DNA of 34,191 nucleotides, taken from the NCBI RefSeq assembly GCF_001194135.2, contig NC_068983.1, positions 120,065,295 through 120,099,485 on the forward strand. The letters are read 5' to 3'. This document shows, one piece after another, positions 22,261 to 34,191 of this stretch. Below the pieces are notes generated by a model. The model did no database searches and was not told where the DNA came from. It saw nothing but the letters and a program-made list of their open reading frames with translations. This stretch comes from Octopus bimaculoides (lineage: Eukaryota). Position 1 is the first letter of the stretch, and each line of letters opens with the position of its first letter. Position numbers and translations under genes: made by a program.

Positions 22261-23358
22261 AATGCAGCCAAGTTAGTTAATCTAAGCAATTCTAATCACA
22301 GTTGTTCTAAGAGACTCAATAAACTGTGACACTTGAAAAGCATGGTACACTTTTGGACTGATTTAATGCGTTACATTCAGGATTTTAAAAAAAAACGAAC
22401 GCACAGATTAAAGTTAAAATGCTACTTGGAAATTTACTACAATAACACTTAAGGTACAAAATATACAATATTATACAATACAAATGTTATTCCGCAAGGA
22501 AATGACAATTATTAATATTGCTGGCCTGTTTTGAATGTCCACACTATGATATATCCAGAAAAGGACATCAAGTGAATAGAATATACACAAATAATCACCA
22601 GTAACAGTCCAGTTGATGCTCAATATACATTCACTAATGATGAATCAAACCTCTCCTGATATCAGATCAGCACTCTCCTCATTTCCAGTGTTCTCTCTTG
22701 TTCTCCCCGTCCGCTGCCCTTTTTAAAGGCTATTTTTTTCCCTTTTTCTTTTTCTCATGGCATGGACTATCCAATATGTTTTTTTTTCTCTTTCTTTCTG
22801 TTTTAAAAATGACTTCGTTTTTATTATATCCTTTTTTTTTCTGTTTGAATGCACGGAACGACATTCGCATTGCACAAATGTTAAATTGAAATTTTTTTTC
22901 GCGTTCATAACAAATGTTTCTAATTTAATTTATTGTGTTAATATCACAACACATTGGGAATTAGTGCAATGAAACAGCTGTAGAAGGTTATGTGTAATAG
23001 AGGCACAGCAAGGAAGATCACATAGGACATACAAAATCCAATGCTAGACACCTGTCTATCTAACCCAAATCTAGGTAAGATATGTGCTTATCTAATTCAT
23101 ATGGGAAAACATGAAAATGTAATGATGATGATAAAGAAAAGAAGACTGTAGTCTGTCTTACTAGTGTGTGAAAATAGACAAGTTTTTTCATATACCTGTG
23201 TTTGTGTGTATACTGTATGCATATGCTATCATGTGTGACAGCCACACATACAAGTGTAGTACGTGCCAGATTGTTGAAATTCTCTTCCCCACCTTCCTAT
23301 ACCCATACAATCCACACTCACCAAGGTAGAGAAGAACAGTTCACCTCTCATTACTTAC

Positions 23359-23455
23359 AGTAAATAACACGAAGAACTTTTGGTTGCTCTCTCCGACACA
23401 ATTGTTTACCCAGGGACAATGATGGTCCATCTTTCGTATACATCGTTGACAAACA
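23359..23455 (-). CDS. ZDHHC3: ZDHHC3/7 coding exon 3 (97 nt): (S)[32 protein letters not shown], with the catalytic DHHC motif
   Basis: Manual translation. Acceptor ATTTCAG| (23456-23457), donor ACT|GTAAGT (23358). Phase 2 to phase 0, in frame with exon 2. Confidence 0.98.
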
Positions 23456-23666
23456 CTGAAATAATTGACAGAGAAATGTTTTAGGCAGGAATTAACACAC
23501 ACATGCACTCACTATATTAACAAGCACACAGAGGTGTTAGATTAAAAAAATTGTTTAAAGCATTAAACTTCTAAACTAAATAAAATTTTCAGTTCAGAAA
23601 TATACATCAGCATACAACTGAGAGAGAGAGTGGGGGGAGGGGAGAAGAGATGGATGGGTGGGTGGG

Positions 23667-23699
<33 letters not shown>

Positions 23700-24044
23700 G
23701 TAGATAGATAGATAAACATTGAAAGGAAAAGAAAAATTATAAATGTAGCTATGCAGAAATGCCTCCCTACAAATATATGAAGTTTTCAACATATTCTTCC
23801 AAATTACTGAATATATGTGCACTTTGATTTTAATATTTCATTTTTTGCTTCACAGCTCAACTTAGCTTTATAACACTTTCCATAGTCAAACATACAGACA
23901 GACAGATAGGTAGGTAGGAGTAAATAACATGTAACATCTGCTGTTGCTACAGGCAAATAAATGAAAAAATGTAAAAGAAGACGAGTTAATTCTGGAGGGT
24001 GATGGTACCAAACCTTTAAAATCAGATAGAAAAAACAGCCTTAC

Positions 24045-24169
24045 CTACAATGATGAGCTCGATCTGGTTTAATGCTTAGACATTTTGGACATTGGAAAAC
24101 CACTTCTCCTTTTTTCAAACCTAATTTCATTAAATTCTCTCTGGTGGCGTTCCCTCGTGGTACAGCACC
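24045..24169 (-). CDS. ZDHHC3: ZDHHC3/7 coding exon 2 (125 nt): [42 protein letters not shown]
   Basis: Manual translation. Acceptor GTCTTTAG| (24170-24171), donor AG|GTAAGG (24044). Phase 0 to phase 2. Start of the DHHC Cys-rich domain. Confidence 0.97.
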
Positions 24170-24479
24170 CTAAAGACAACAAATCAATATGCAAATTTTT
24201 TAAAAGTTTTTTTTTTCTCTTCCCACCTCTACCTCCACTATATTCAAAGCTTAATCAGAAGAGGAAGGCAGCATCCATGACCTTTAGCAGACCTTCAGAG
24301 ACTTGGGAAATGGAGTGAAATCATGACTCAGAGATTATCTTCAGATCAAAGATCTAATCTGAATGTTTGCAACAGATTAGACTCATGTAAAAGTACCCAA
24401 AGGACAGGTGGTGATGCTAAAACCAGGTGACAGGTTAAATCATTTTTCAGTTACTTACAGTTTGAAGGAGGGACAATAC

Positions 24480-24780
24480 CCATGACTTTCCATGTTCTTC
24501 TAGACTAGCGAGATTGATGTCATTAATGCTCTAGTGGAACATTTGAAATTCAACATCTGCAGGAAAGACATGAGCAGGGAAGGAATTCCAGAGGGCCAAT
24601 GTTCTGGGAAAAAAGGATTAGGTAAAGTAATTTATGTAGGGTCTGGATACACGCACAGACACACAACAAGGGTGATGAGTGAAAGAGAGAAAGTGGGCTA
24701 ATACTTCCTAAGCAGAAGTGGTCTGAGACCAGCTAGCTCCAAAGAGAAGAGGCTGTTATACTATTAAAGAACAAGCAAAG
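24480..24780 (-). mobile_element. CR1/L2-like LINE, RT C-terminal fragment
   Basis: YNSLFSLELAGLRP...PFFPRTLALWNSFPAHVFPADVEFQMFH*SIN fits the SFF.RT...WNSLP..V....F...(K) LINE terminus. Confidence 0.75.
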
Positions 24781-25019
24781 TCCATCCAAGTAGCTTTCAC
24801 AAAGTTTCATCTCAAAACAATTTAACAAGAGATTAGGTCAAGCTGATGCTATTGAAAAGACACCAGCCCTTGGAACTAAACCATCTTGCAATAGGATTAA
24901 ATCCAGAACTGCAAAAGTGAAGTAAACTTCCTAACCACATGGTCATTCACACCTGCACCTATGTCTGTGCAAGCATGAGTTTTTTTTCTTTCTAAGCCTT
25001 TTGTGATCATAATTCTAAT

Positions 25020-25480
25020 GTAAAACATTGTCTTTGATTTTTAATTAATTATGAAAACAATCAAGAATTTGATGGGATTCAGTAAAATGATTAATATTGT
25101 AATTTGGTATTTGGAACATAACAAAACAAGCATTACATATAAATATCATCGTCCTTCAACATCTGTTTTCCATGCTGGCAGGAGTTGGACAGTTTGACCA
25201 GAGCTGACAAACAGGTGAGCTGCACCAGGTTCCAGCCTGATTTGGCTTGGTTTCTATGGTGGAATGTCTGCTGGATGCTTTTAACATGACACTCATACAA
25301 GCACTTTTACATGGTGCTGACATGAGTGTTTTTTACGTGGCACTGGCACAGAGCTCTTGCAGGCCAATCCTCATCAGGAGAAATGACATTAACACTAAGG
25401 TTTTAATTTAAATACGAAAACATTAAAACACTATGGTTTGTAATCTAGGAAAGGGAACAGTTTTTTGCAAAATGGGTTAA
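25020..25480 (-). mobile_element. TTAA-ended MITE interrupted by a family D element (25143-25390)
   Basis: Terminus ...AAATGGGTTAA. Related to the fragment at 32416-32530. The nested family D copy has a CATCGTCCTTCAACATCTGTTTTCCATGCTGGC head. Confidence 0.6.
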
Positions 25481-26149
25481 AGAGTAGGTTCACAAGGGAG
25501 TGTGGTCAAAAATCTGGTTCACTCACTCAAGAAATTATGTGATGATAAAGTCTTAATGCTTCATATAATTATTCACATGTGTATACATTCCAGCATAAAT
25601 ATATGCAATGAAGAATCCTCATTAGTTAATTTAAAAACAACTGAAGGTCGTGGAATACGAAGATTCCAATGTTATGCTAGGAAGCAGTAATAAAGTTATC
25701 AAGATATAAATCTTTAGTTGAAAGCAGATTATTTTCTTCATACAGTTAATACAACACCCTTAGAATTGTTCTTCTTCTTTGTATAACTACTGGATATTAT
25801 GAGATATTTTCAACAGGTTAATAATACAACTCAATATGGCACTTCCTGAAAATTCTATAATTGCTTATTTCATTTTGTACAGTCTATCAGAACAGATTAC
25901 ACATACACAATATATGATTCTAAACAGCACATTACTAAGTTCTTTTACACATTAACATAGAAATAAATTACATACCTAAGAATTTTATTTATTATCCTTA
26001 ATAGTATTTCTACAAAATTTTTGCATAAAAATTGATACAGAAATTTTATGAATTAATATTTTTATACAGAACATTTATCTTTGTTAGATACTTCTCACTA
26101 ATTTGTATGAGTTACCATCCTAATTGAGTTTGTATAAATATTTTTATGC

Positions 26150-26520
26150 ATCCGTCTTCTCTGCCCACCATTCCTGAAAGGGTCATTGGGGTGGAGTCCT
26201 CAAGCACCTCCTCCATAGGGTCCTATCAGAAGCAACTGTCATTCCACTTTCTGGCTGCATTCCCAAGAATGATCAACTGAGACTATGGATATTACCCAAC
26301 CATCTTGTTCTAGGTCTCCCATAAATCCCATACCAGTTACTTCAGCTTGAAGAATTTGTCTTGTGATTCTTTCTTCTATATTTACTATAAACCCTTAGAT
26401 AATACTTTAGTTCTCAACTTGTATCTCTTTTCTATATGGTGACCATCCCTCCTGGCTACTGGAATGGTCTCTATTCCAAAACTTCAGTTGATCTATAATT
26501 TCTCAATAGATTATATTCTT
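26150..26520 (-). mobile_element. RTE-like LINE 3' coding end (second family)
   Basis: ERITRQILQAEVTG...GRPRTRWLGNIHSLS*SFLGMQPESGMTVASDRTLWRRCL. Confidence 0.75.
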
Positions 26521-26861
26521 TCTACTGTATAGTTTCATTTTCCTTTCTGTTACTTCAGTCGATTCCACTGGAGATAGAATATATACTTTACCTCCCTATT
26601 GCGCAGACATCCCTAGTGTCTGCACAACAGATGAATAAAGGGCAGCTGACTATGTGATATATATTTTGATTATAGTTATAGCTGGATGAATTAAAAGACA
26701 TTCTAAACAAGATGAATAATTTGTTTTGAATGGTTTAACTTGAAGTGGAAAAGCTATAAATAAGTGTTTTAATACTGGTTTTAAAAAATCCTTTACATAA
26801 AAAAGGTTGTCTGTGGAACATCAATCCATACCTTCTGTAAATACAACAGACATTCTACTAC

Positions 26862-27119
26862 GGGCAGCCTTTGACCTCTTCAACCCATGGCATTAAGGAG
26901 GGCATCCAGCTGTAAAATCCATGTCAAAACAGACCTCAATGGTGCCATATAAAAAGCACTCAGTCCACTCTGTATGGTTGTTGGTGTTATGAAGAGTATT
27001 CAACTGTAAAAACCATGCCCAAACAGACAGTGAAGTCTGGTACAGTCTTCTGGCTTGCCAACTCCTGTCAAACCATCCAACCCATGCCAGCATGGAAAGC
27101 AGATATTAAATGATGATAA
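26862..27119 (+). mobile_element. Family D element
   Basis: Ends CCATCCAACCCATGCCAGCATGGAAAGCAGATATTAAATGATGATAAT. Confidence 0.8.
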
Positions 27120-27829
27120 TATTTATAACTTTTCTACTTCAAGTTCAATTGTGAAAAACGAATTAACTGACATTCTCTTGAAGTTTCTAAATTCTTATGA
27201 TGTCAACAAGATGAAGGATGTTTAGACAAATGAGTAAAGAAGACAGAGGAATTTTGGAGTCAGAAAAGTCCCTTGTTCAACAAGGGTCCTCTGATTTGGT
27301 TGAGACAGTCTACACTTCTTTGCAACATCTATTTTTTATTGAGGTCATAAGAATTTTATGAACTTTTGAGAGAACCTGAAATAAATAATTTTTTGTTTTT
27401 GTAATAATATATCTCGAAGCACATACATGAGGCTATAAATAATACAAGCAAATCTAAATATCGTGTCTTCAAGGCTGTGACATTTTTCATACATCTTGAT
27501 ATTATTTTATGTTGTAGAATATATTTGAATATTCTTCAGCTTCATTTATTTGTCTCCTGTTTTTTTCCAATTATGAGAAACACTTCATTATTATCTGGGT
27601 ATTCCAAGATAATACTGAATCTGTAAAATCTTATTAAGAAGCAACATTGCTATGCTCCATGCCAAAGTGCAAAATAGAAAATAACACCCACACACCCACT
27701 CATCCACACACACACACACACACAGATATTTATAAACTTCTGTGCATGTATGTATGTTTGTGACATATTTTAATTTTCTAAAGGCAGTTACCAAAGAGAA
27801 AAAAATTCTCTCTTATGGTAAAAGGAGTA

Positions 27830-29056
27830 AAAACACATCGGTACTTCCCTCCAGTGGATTCTCAGATGTGCGTTTCTGGCTCTTTTGTGAGAGTGTGGAT
27901 GCTGGTGTATGTGTGTGTGTGGAGTGGAAAGGAATGTGTGTGCGTGTGCATGTGAGTACAGGTATATGGATATGCTGTAAGGGCATAATGTATGTGGTGT
28001 GGGTATTGAGTATAACAGTGTAAAGAAGGGGTGTAGGGAGTAGAGAAGGGGAGGGACAGTGGAAGGTGGCAGATGTGTGGTGGTGGGTTTAGATCAAGTG
28101 AGGTGACAAATTAAGACCATAAGGGACTGAGGTATGGAAGGAGAAAATAAATTCCTGCTCTCAATGGAGGTGGAAATCTAGGTGGCCTCTGTGTAATGTC
28201 TATCCAAACACAGACAGATGTTGTAACAAATGACTGATTGAGCGAAATGACATAAGACCGGGATGCCACTGCCAAGTCTGATGTTTCAGAGATGTTTGGA
28301 AAAATCACCAACAGTTTGACCAATATAGAATTATAGAGAGCAGAGGATTCAGTAGATTACAAAGTTGGAAATGCAGCGGAATGAATCAATGATGTGGTAG
28401 GGGAGGTGGTGGGTACCAATGAGGATAGTGGTGTTGGAGAGGTAGGGGCAGGTGCAGCAGCATGGTTGAGAGCAAGACAGGGAGACAGGTTGGGTGCCAG
28501 GATTGGGGAAGAAACTACAGACCTGAAAGTCTTGTAGGAAGTCAAGGGGTAAGATTGGAGTTGGCAGAAAGCCCAAAAGATGGTGTGATGGAGGGGTAGG
28601 GTGGAGGGGTTGTAGTTGAGGGAGAAAGGGTAAAGGGTGGTAATGGTGAAACAAGGAGAAAGAGAGGATATATGGTTAACAGATAGGGCACAGGAAAGTG
28701 TGGTTTGAATAATGGTGGGGGGTATCCACATTGGACAAAGTGGTGAGCCATGAGTTGGGACTGTGTCGTGAAGTCATCATCAACACTACAGAACTGGCTG
28801 AGATGGAGGAACTGAGAATAAGTGATAGACAGTTTGGTGTGAGTAGAGTGAGAAGCGGAGATAAGAGTGTGAGTGTGTGGATGGAAGAGGTAAGAGAGGA
28901 GTGGTGGATGGTAACAGAAATGTCAAGAAAGTCGAAAGAGGTGTTGGAGACCGAACAGGAAAATCCAAGAACAAAATGGACGAACTAGATGAAAGAGAAG
29001 AAGGAGTCAAGATGTTTGTGAAGAGTAAGGGTGTGCTGATATAGTCATCAATGTAA
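27830..29056 (-). mobile_element. Penelope-like retroelement (RT C-half plus GIY-YIG endonuclease plus 3' tail), decayed and 5'-truncated at a microsatellite/gap
   Basis: YIDD (Y codon at 29053-29055); ILFLD; HSHSYL..S..H.TK.SITYSQFLHL..FCSVDDDFTTQSQLMAHHF...GYP; PGTQPVSLSCSQPCCCTCPYLSNTT...IIDSFRCISNFVIY*ILCSL*FYIGQT (VIY-YIG motif). Confidence 0.9.
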
Positions 29057-29057
29057 C

Positions 29058-29116
<59 letters not shown>

Positions 29117-29845
29117 NNNNNNNNNNNNNNNNNNNNNNNNNNNNNNNNNNNNNNNNNNNNNNNNNNNNNNNNNNNNNNNNNNNNNNNNNNNNNNNNNNNN
29201 NNNNNNNNNNNNNNNNNNNNNNNNNNNNNNNNNNNNNNNNNNNNNNNNNNNNNNNNNNNNNNNNNNNNNNNNNNNNNNNNNNNNNNNNNNNNNNNNNNNN
29301 NNNNNNNNNNNNNNNNNNNNNNNNNNNNNNNNNNNNNNNNNNNNNNNNNNNNNNNNNNNNNNNNNNNNNNNNNNNNNNNNNNNNNNNNNNNNNNNNNNNN
29401 NNNNNNNNNNNNNNNNNNNNNNNNNNNNNNNNNNNNNNNNNNNNNNNNNNNNNNNNNNNNNNNNNNNNNNNNNNNNNNNNNNNNNNNNNNNNNNNNNNNN
29501 NNNNNNNNNNNNNNNNNNNNNNNNNNNNNNNNNNNNNNNNNNNNNNNNNNNNNNNNNNNNNNNNNNNNNNNNNNNNNNNNNNNNNNNNNNNNNNNNNNNN
29601 NNNNNNNNNNNNNNNNNNNNNNNNNNNNNNNNNNNNNNNNNNNNNNNNNNNNNNNNNNNNNNNNNNNNNNNNNNNNNNNNNNNNNNNNNNNNNNNNNNNN
29701 NNNNNNNNNNNNNNNNNNNNNNNNNNNNNNNNNNNNNNNNNNNNNNNNNNNNNNNNNNNNNNNNNNNNNNNNNNNNNNNNNNNNNNNNNNNNNNNNNNNN
29801 NNNNNNNNNNNNNNNNNNNNNNNNNNNNNNNNNNNNNNNNNNNNN
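29117..29845. other. Assembly gap (729 N). Other gaps: 1539-1548, 5402-5635, 30835-30911
   Basis: N runs, each abutting TA/CA/GATA microsatellites. Confidence 0.99.
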
Positions 29846-29891
<46 letters not shown>

Positions 29892-30679
29892 TATATACAC
29901 ACACATACATGTGTGTGTGTGTGTATGTGTACATATATAGATATATGTGTATATATGCGATGTACAAATGTAAGTGCACATATTTACATACATATATATA
30001 CACACACATGTATATACTTATGCATGTGTACATATATGTGTGTTTGTGTGTATGTATGTGTAAATATATACAGCAGGGTATACATACACATACATTTCTT
30101 GATATGAACAAATTGAATAACAAAAAGTTTTATTGACGTAAATTAAACTTGCATTATGAGCAGAAGTTAAATCAATGAACAGACAATGTATATGTATAAG
30201 ATACTGGGAGCTTATTTGCTTAGCACACTGAAACTTGAACTAAAAACCCCGGGTAGGCTATGCACACATCAAAGTGCTGGGAGTGCATATACGAAGAGTA
30301 AGCTAAAATAAACAAATTGTACAATAAACAGTTTCTCTGAAAAAATTACATTTGGCCTGAATAACAAACCATGAGTATACTACATTTCCATATAAGTGGC
30401 TGAGTATAAGTGATTCATTAACGACCATATAAGTAATTCATATTGCTTGCAATTTTCATATTTTATATAGAAAATAATATTTTTTTGTATTTTTTGCTAA
30501 ATACATTACCATTGGTTGACAGAAGTAAGACACTGAGACAACCACATGCATGCACACACACACACACACACACATCTATATTTCTGTATTTTCTATTGAT
30601 GGATGAAGAAATAAAACATCACTTTATGTGTTCATGCTTATATGTTGATTTTGGGTGTGGCCTAGGACATGTGGGTCCT

Positions 30680-30768
30680 ATTTATAAATATTTCAATCAC
30701 TCATGTGACAGATAATTTGGTTCATGAAAAGAGCACCAGAACAGATTATGTTCATATGCAGTGATCTC
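30680..30768 (+). repeat. ~88-bp direct repeat, partner at 32138-32224, bracketing the first coding exon
   Basis: TTTATAAATATTTCAAT...CATGTGA...ATAATTTGGTT.ATGAA.AGAG.ACCAGAACAGATTATG in both copies. Confidence 0.85.
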
Positions 30769-30788
30769 ACTGTCTATATATGTATTTA

Positions 30789-30834
<46 letters not shown>

Positions 30835-30911
30835 NNNNNNNNNNNNNNNNNNNNNNNNNNNNNNNNNNNNNNNNNNNNNNNNNNNNNNNNNNNNNNNNNN
30901 NNNNNNNNNNN

Positions 30912-31036
<125 letters not shown>

Positions 31037-31192
31037 GAGGTATGGTGATGCAAACAGGAAAAATAGAACTCAAAATATGAGTATATGCATATTTTCGTTA
31101 ACATTTAGCAGAAGCAACAGAGTGACTCAAGGGCTGTGAGTTTCGTACATTGGCACTTATCGAACTAGTTATCAAACTAAATATTAATAAAC

Positions 31193-31228
<36 letters not shown>

Positions 31229-31592
31229 TGTGTAAATAGGTATATATGCGTTCATATATATGTGTGCATGTATGTGTATGTATATCTATGAATGCGCACG
31301 CGCAGCAAGTAAAGCCACAGAAATTTTTGACTATCAATAATGTGATATTGATAAATACGCATAAAAGCAGACAGATAAACACACATGCACAGACACAGTA
31401 TGTAAGGGATTGCATACAAATCAATATTATTCATTGTTCATATATAGCTTAATATGTACATTTAAGTACTTACACAAACGCGGGGTGTAGCATAGAGCCC
31501 AAATGATGATGACAACAATGATAATGGTCAAAGATGGGGGTCAACAGACAATATTTACAGTATAGTGTTGTGAGAAACCAAAGGAGATTTAC

Positions 31593-31898
31593 CGGGTCAG
31601 ATAACATTGTTCGGATGTGAGCTCCCAGAGCTAGAAGAACAAAACTGTTAAAGATAATTCCATTGATAAATGAATACAGCTGTGATGGTCCTGGAATCAG
31701 GATAACGAACATCACTGCAAATTCTGCATATCCAATTAGAAACCAAGTGAACATGGCACATATTATGCCACAAATGTCTTTGACACACCACAGGTAAACA
31801 GCATGATAATGAAGTCCGAATTTGTTGCAAGTTTGTGTGCAGTCAACAATTTTGACCCCTTCTTCAACAGGATTCTGATGCATGTTATTCATCTTCAT
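31593..31898 (-). CDS. ZDHHC3: DHHC palmitoyltransferase (ZDHHC3/7, GODZ family), first coding exon found (102 aa; TM1-TM2 to ...MLSDP)
   Basis: Translation MKMNN...LWCVKDICGIICAMFTWFLIGYAEFAVMFVILIP...YSFINGIIFNS...AHIRTMLSDP matches my recollection of the ZDHHC3 N-terminus ([33 protein letters not shown]...SIINGIVFN...SHCRAMLTDP). Donor CCG|GTAAAT at 31592. Acceptor TTTGTAG| at 31909-31910 lies 10 nt before the ATG, so an upstream exon exists. Confidence 0.95.
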
Positions 31899-31994
31899 TG
31901 GCAGCTCCCTACAAAGGAAAATATAAATTTTATATTATATCCATCCACACTGGTACTGTCTACCATGTTACTTCATTAACAGATGAGACAAAAC

Positions 31995-32380
31995 ATTTTC
32001 ATCATCATTATTATTTAGCCCTGGGTAAATATTAATCCAACAAACCTATGATCAAAAACATTCCAGCCATGGCCATCCTGTCTATTTGCCACCCATGTAT
32101 TTGCTATGATATAATACAAATTGACAGGGGTTTCTGCATTTATAAATATTTCAATTATTCATGTGATATAATTTGGTTAATGAACAGAGTACCAGAACAG
32201 ATTATGCTTATATATAGAGATCCCATAATAATTATTTACATCATCATCATTATTATTAAGCCCTGGGTAAACATTAATCCAATAAGCATATGATCAAAAG
32301 CCTTCCAACCATAGCCATCTTGTTTATTCCCAGACCATGTATTTGCAATTACATAATACAAATTGACAAGAGTTTCTACA
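31995..32380 (+). repeat. Two diverged ~135-bp direct copies (AGCCCTGGGTAAA...TATGATCAAAA...CCATGTATTTGC...ATACAAATTGACA), probably SINE-like fragments
   Basis: 32001-32140 versus 32239-32383. Confidence 0.75.
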
Positions 32381-32759
32381 TGTTTTTTTCTTCTGAAGAT
32401 GGTCTGGTGTAATTTAACCCTTTTGATATCAACCCACTTGAGATCATCCCTACATTCTAGGACACAAACTTCTTTTAAAGTGATCTAAGTTAAAGCCTTC
32501 AAAATTCCTTGTTAATTTATGTTCCATACACCATGTTTATGTTTCCTATTTCATTACCACTGCAAAACGATTCAAAATTAGAATGCAAATAGAGAAAGGA
32601 TAAAATGTACTTGTTTCAGTCTATGTGCTGCTACATTAACTTTGTGTATGAATGCTTCTTAAAATTTTCTTTGAGTTTCAAAAACCTGCAAAAATGGGGA
32701 AATAAAAGTGTTCCAGCTATGATCATCCAAGCAATATAATTTAATGTGTTAAAATGCTT

Positions 32760-33280
32760 CAGTCATTGAATTTAGTCAAACAAATCAAACCTAGTGCCTA
32801 CTTTTAAGTCAAGCACTTAGTCTATCAGTTTCTTTTGCTGAATCACTTAACTACAGGGTCATAAATAAACCAACACTGATTATCAATTAGTGGTGAGAGA
32901 CAAACACACATTTATTCTTTTATTTGTTTCAATCATTTAACTGCGGCCATGCTGGAGCACCACTTTTAGTCAAACAAATCAACCCCAGGACTTATTCTTT
33001 GCAAGCCTAGTACTCATTCTATCAGTTCTCTTTTGCTGAACTGCTAAATTATGGGGACGTAAGCACACCAGCATCAGTTGTCAGGCGATGGTGGGAGGGG
33101 GAGACAAACACACATATATATGATGAGCTTCATTCAGTTTCCGTCTACTAAATCCACTCACAAAGTTTTGGTCAGCCTGAGGCTATAGTAGAAGACACTC
33201 ATCCAAGGTGCCATAAGTGGGACTGAACCCGCAACCATGTGGTTGGTAAACAAGCTACTTACCACACAGCCACTCCTGTG

Positions 33281-33329
<49 letters not shown>

Positions 33330-33880
33330 ATACATACACAACAAGCTTCCACACAAATTCCATCAAACAAATTTATTTACAAGGCATTGGTCAGCCTGGG
33401 GCTATAGTAGAAGACACTTGCCTAAGGTGCCATGCAGTAGGAATGAAACCATGTGAACTTCTTAACACAGCAATGCCTGTGCCTAATATATAGATATCTT
33501 TTACTGGTTTCCTGCATTAAACTGTGGCCATGTTGGGACACCGCCTCCAAGAATTTTAGTCAAACAAATTGATCCCGGTACAATTTTATTTTAAAGCCAG
33601 GTACTTATTTTTTTGGGTCTCTTTAACTGAACCACTATGTTACAAGGACATAAACACACCAACACCAGTTGTCAAGCAGTGGTGGAGGACAACACAGAGA
33701 CACAAAAACACACACATACACGCAACAAGCTTCTTTCAGTTTTTGTCAACCAAATTTGCCCACAAGGCTTTGGTTGACCCAAGGCTATAGCAGAAGACAC
33801 TTGCCCAAGGTGCCATGCAATAGGACTGAACCAAGAACCATGTGCTTGGGAAGCAAACTTCTTACCATACTGTCACTCCT
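32760..33880 (-). mobile_element. Cluster of family C SINE copies and fragments (~32760-32915, 32915-33282, 33330-33485, 33500-33880)
   Basis: Reverse complements of 11054-11477 motifs (GGCTATAGTAGAAGACACTTGCCCAAGGTGCC etc.). Confidence 0.85.
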
Positions 33881-33988
33881 GATATATATACAATTTACAT
33901 AAAAATATTTTCTTTAATATTATTGAATGATTTTAACATAATATAAAGTTATATACATATACATACATATATACATATACATACATAC

Positions 33989-34029
<41 letters not shown>

Positions 34030-34150
34030 TTGATATAAAGACTGGATGGTCACATCTGCAATAGCCCATGTTATTTCCTATTATGATAAGTTAATAAAGC
34101 AAGTATGTATATGTTCTTATAGCAGCATATAAACAAACTGTGTATGTATG

Positions 34151-34191
<41 letters not shown>

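Noticed and set aside
22636-22680. C/D-box-like ATGATGA...CTGA as an intronic snoRNA
   Set aside because: Boxes are only ~12 nt apart, there is no convincing terminal stem, and ATGATG is very common in this sequence.
24085-24318. Plus-strand ORF
   Set aside because: Antisense shadow of ZDHHC exon 2, with no independent support.
28786-30123. Long ORFs of 284-445 aa (also 5326..5661, 5365..5655, 30697..31104)
   Set aside because: Artefacts of N gaps and (TA)n/(CA)n/(GATA)n. Only the Penelope-derived end portion is meaningful.
31470-31592. C-terminal 40 aa of ORF 31470..31898 (VNLLWFLTT...)
   Set aside because: Intron read-through past the CCG|GTAAAT donor. Homology continues in exon 24169-24045.

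Overview
AT-rich, microsatellite-dense, gapped eukaryotic DNA. The SINE/MITE families and repeat landscape point to an octopod cephalopod, most likely Octopus (inferred, not verified). One host gene is supported: a minus-strand ZDHHC3/ZDHHC7-type (GODZ) DHHC palmitoyltransferase. Four coding exons were recovered by hand (31898-31593, 24169-24045, 23455-23359, 21297-21216; 306+125+97+82 nt), all with GT-AG sites and a continuous frame. Its 3' exons were not found, so bases 1-21215 are probably one very long intron. The rest is decayed mobile DNA: Penelope-like elements, three Helitron derivatives, a mariner with both TIRs, RTE and CR1/L2-like LINE ends, SINEs and TTAA-ended MITEs. The most unusual observation is a ~34-bp minisatellite that is an amplified copy of the gene's own intron-3/exon-4 splice junction, with the AG lost in internal copies but kept in the distal copy. 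Also notable is a dense set of six fold-back inverted repeats in the first 6.6 kb. No prokaryote-type system (CRISPR, operon) is present.
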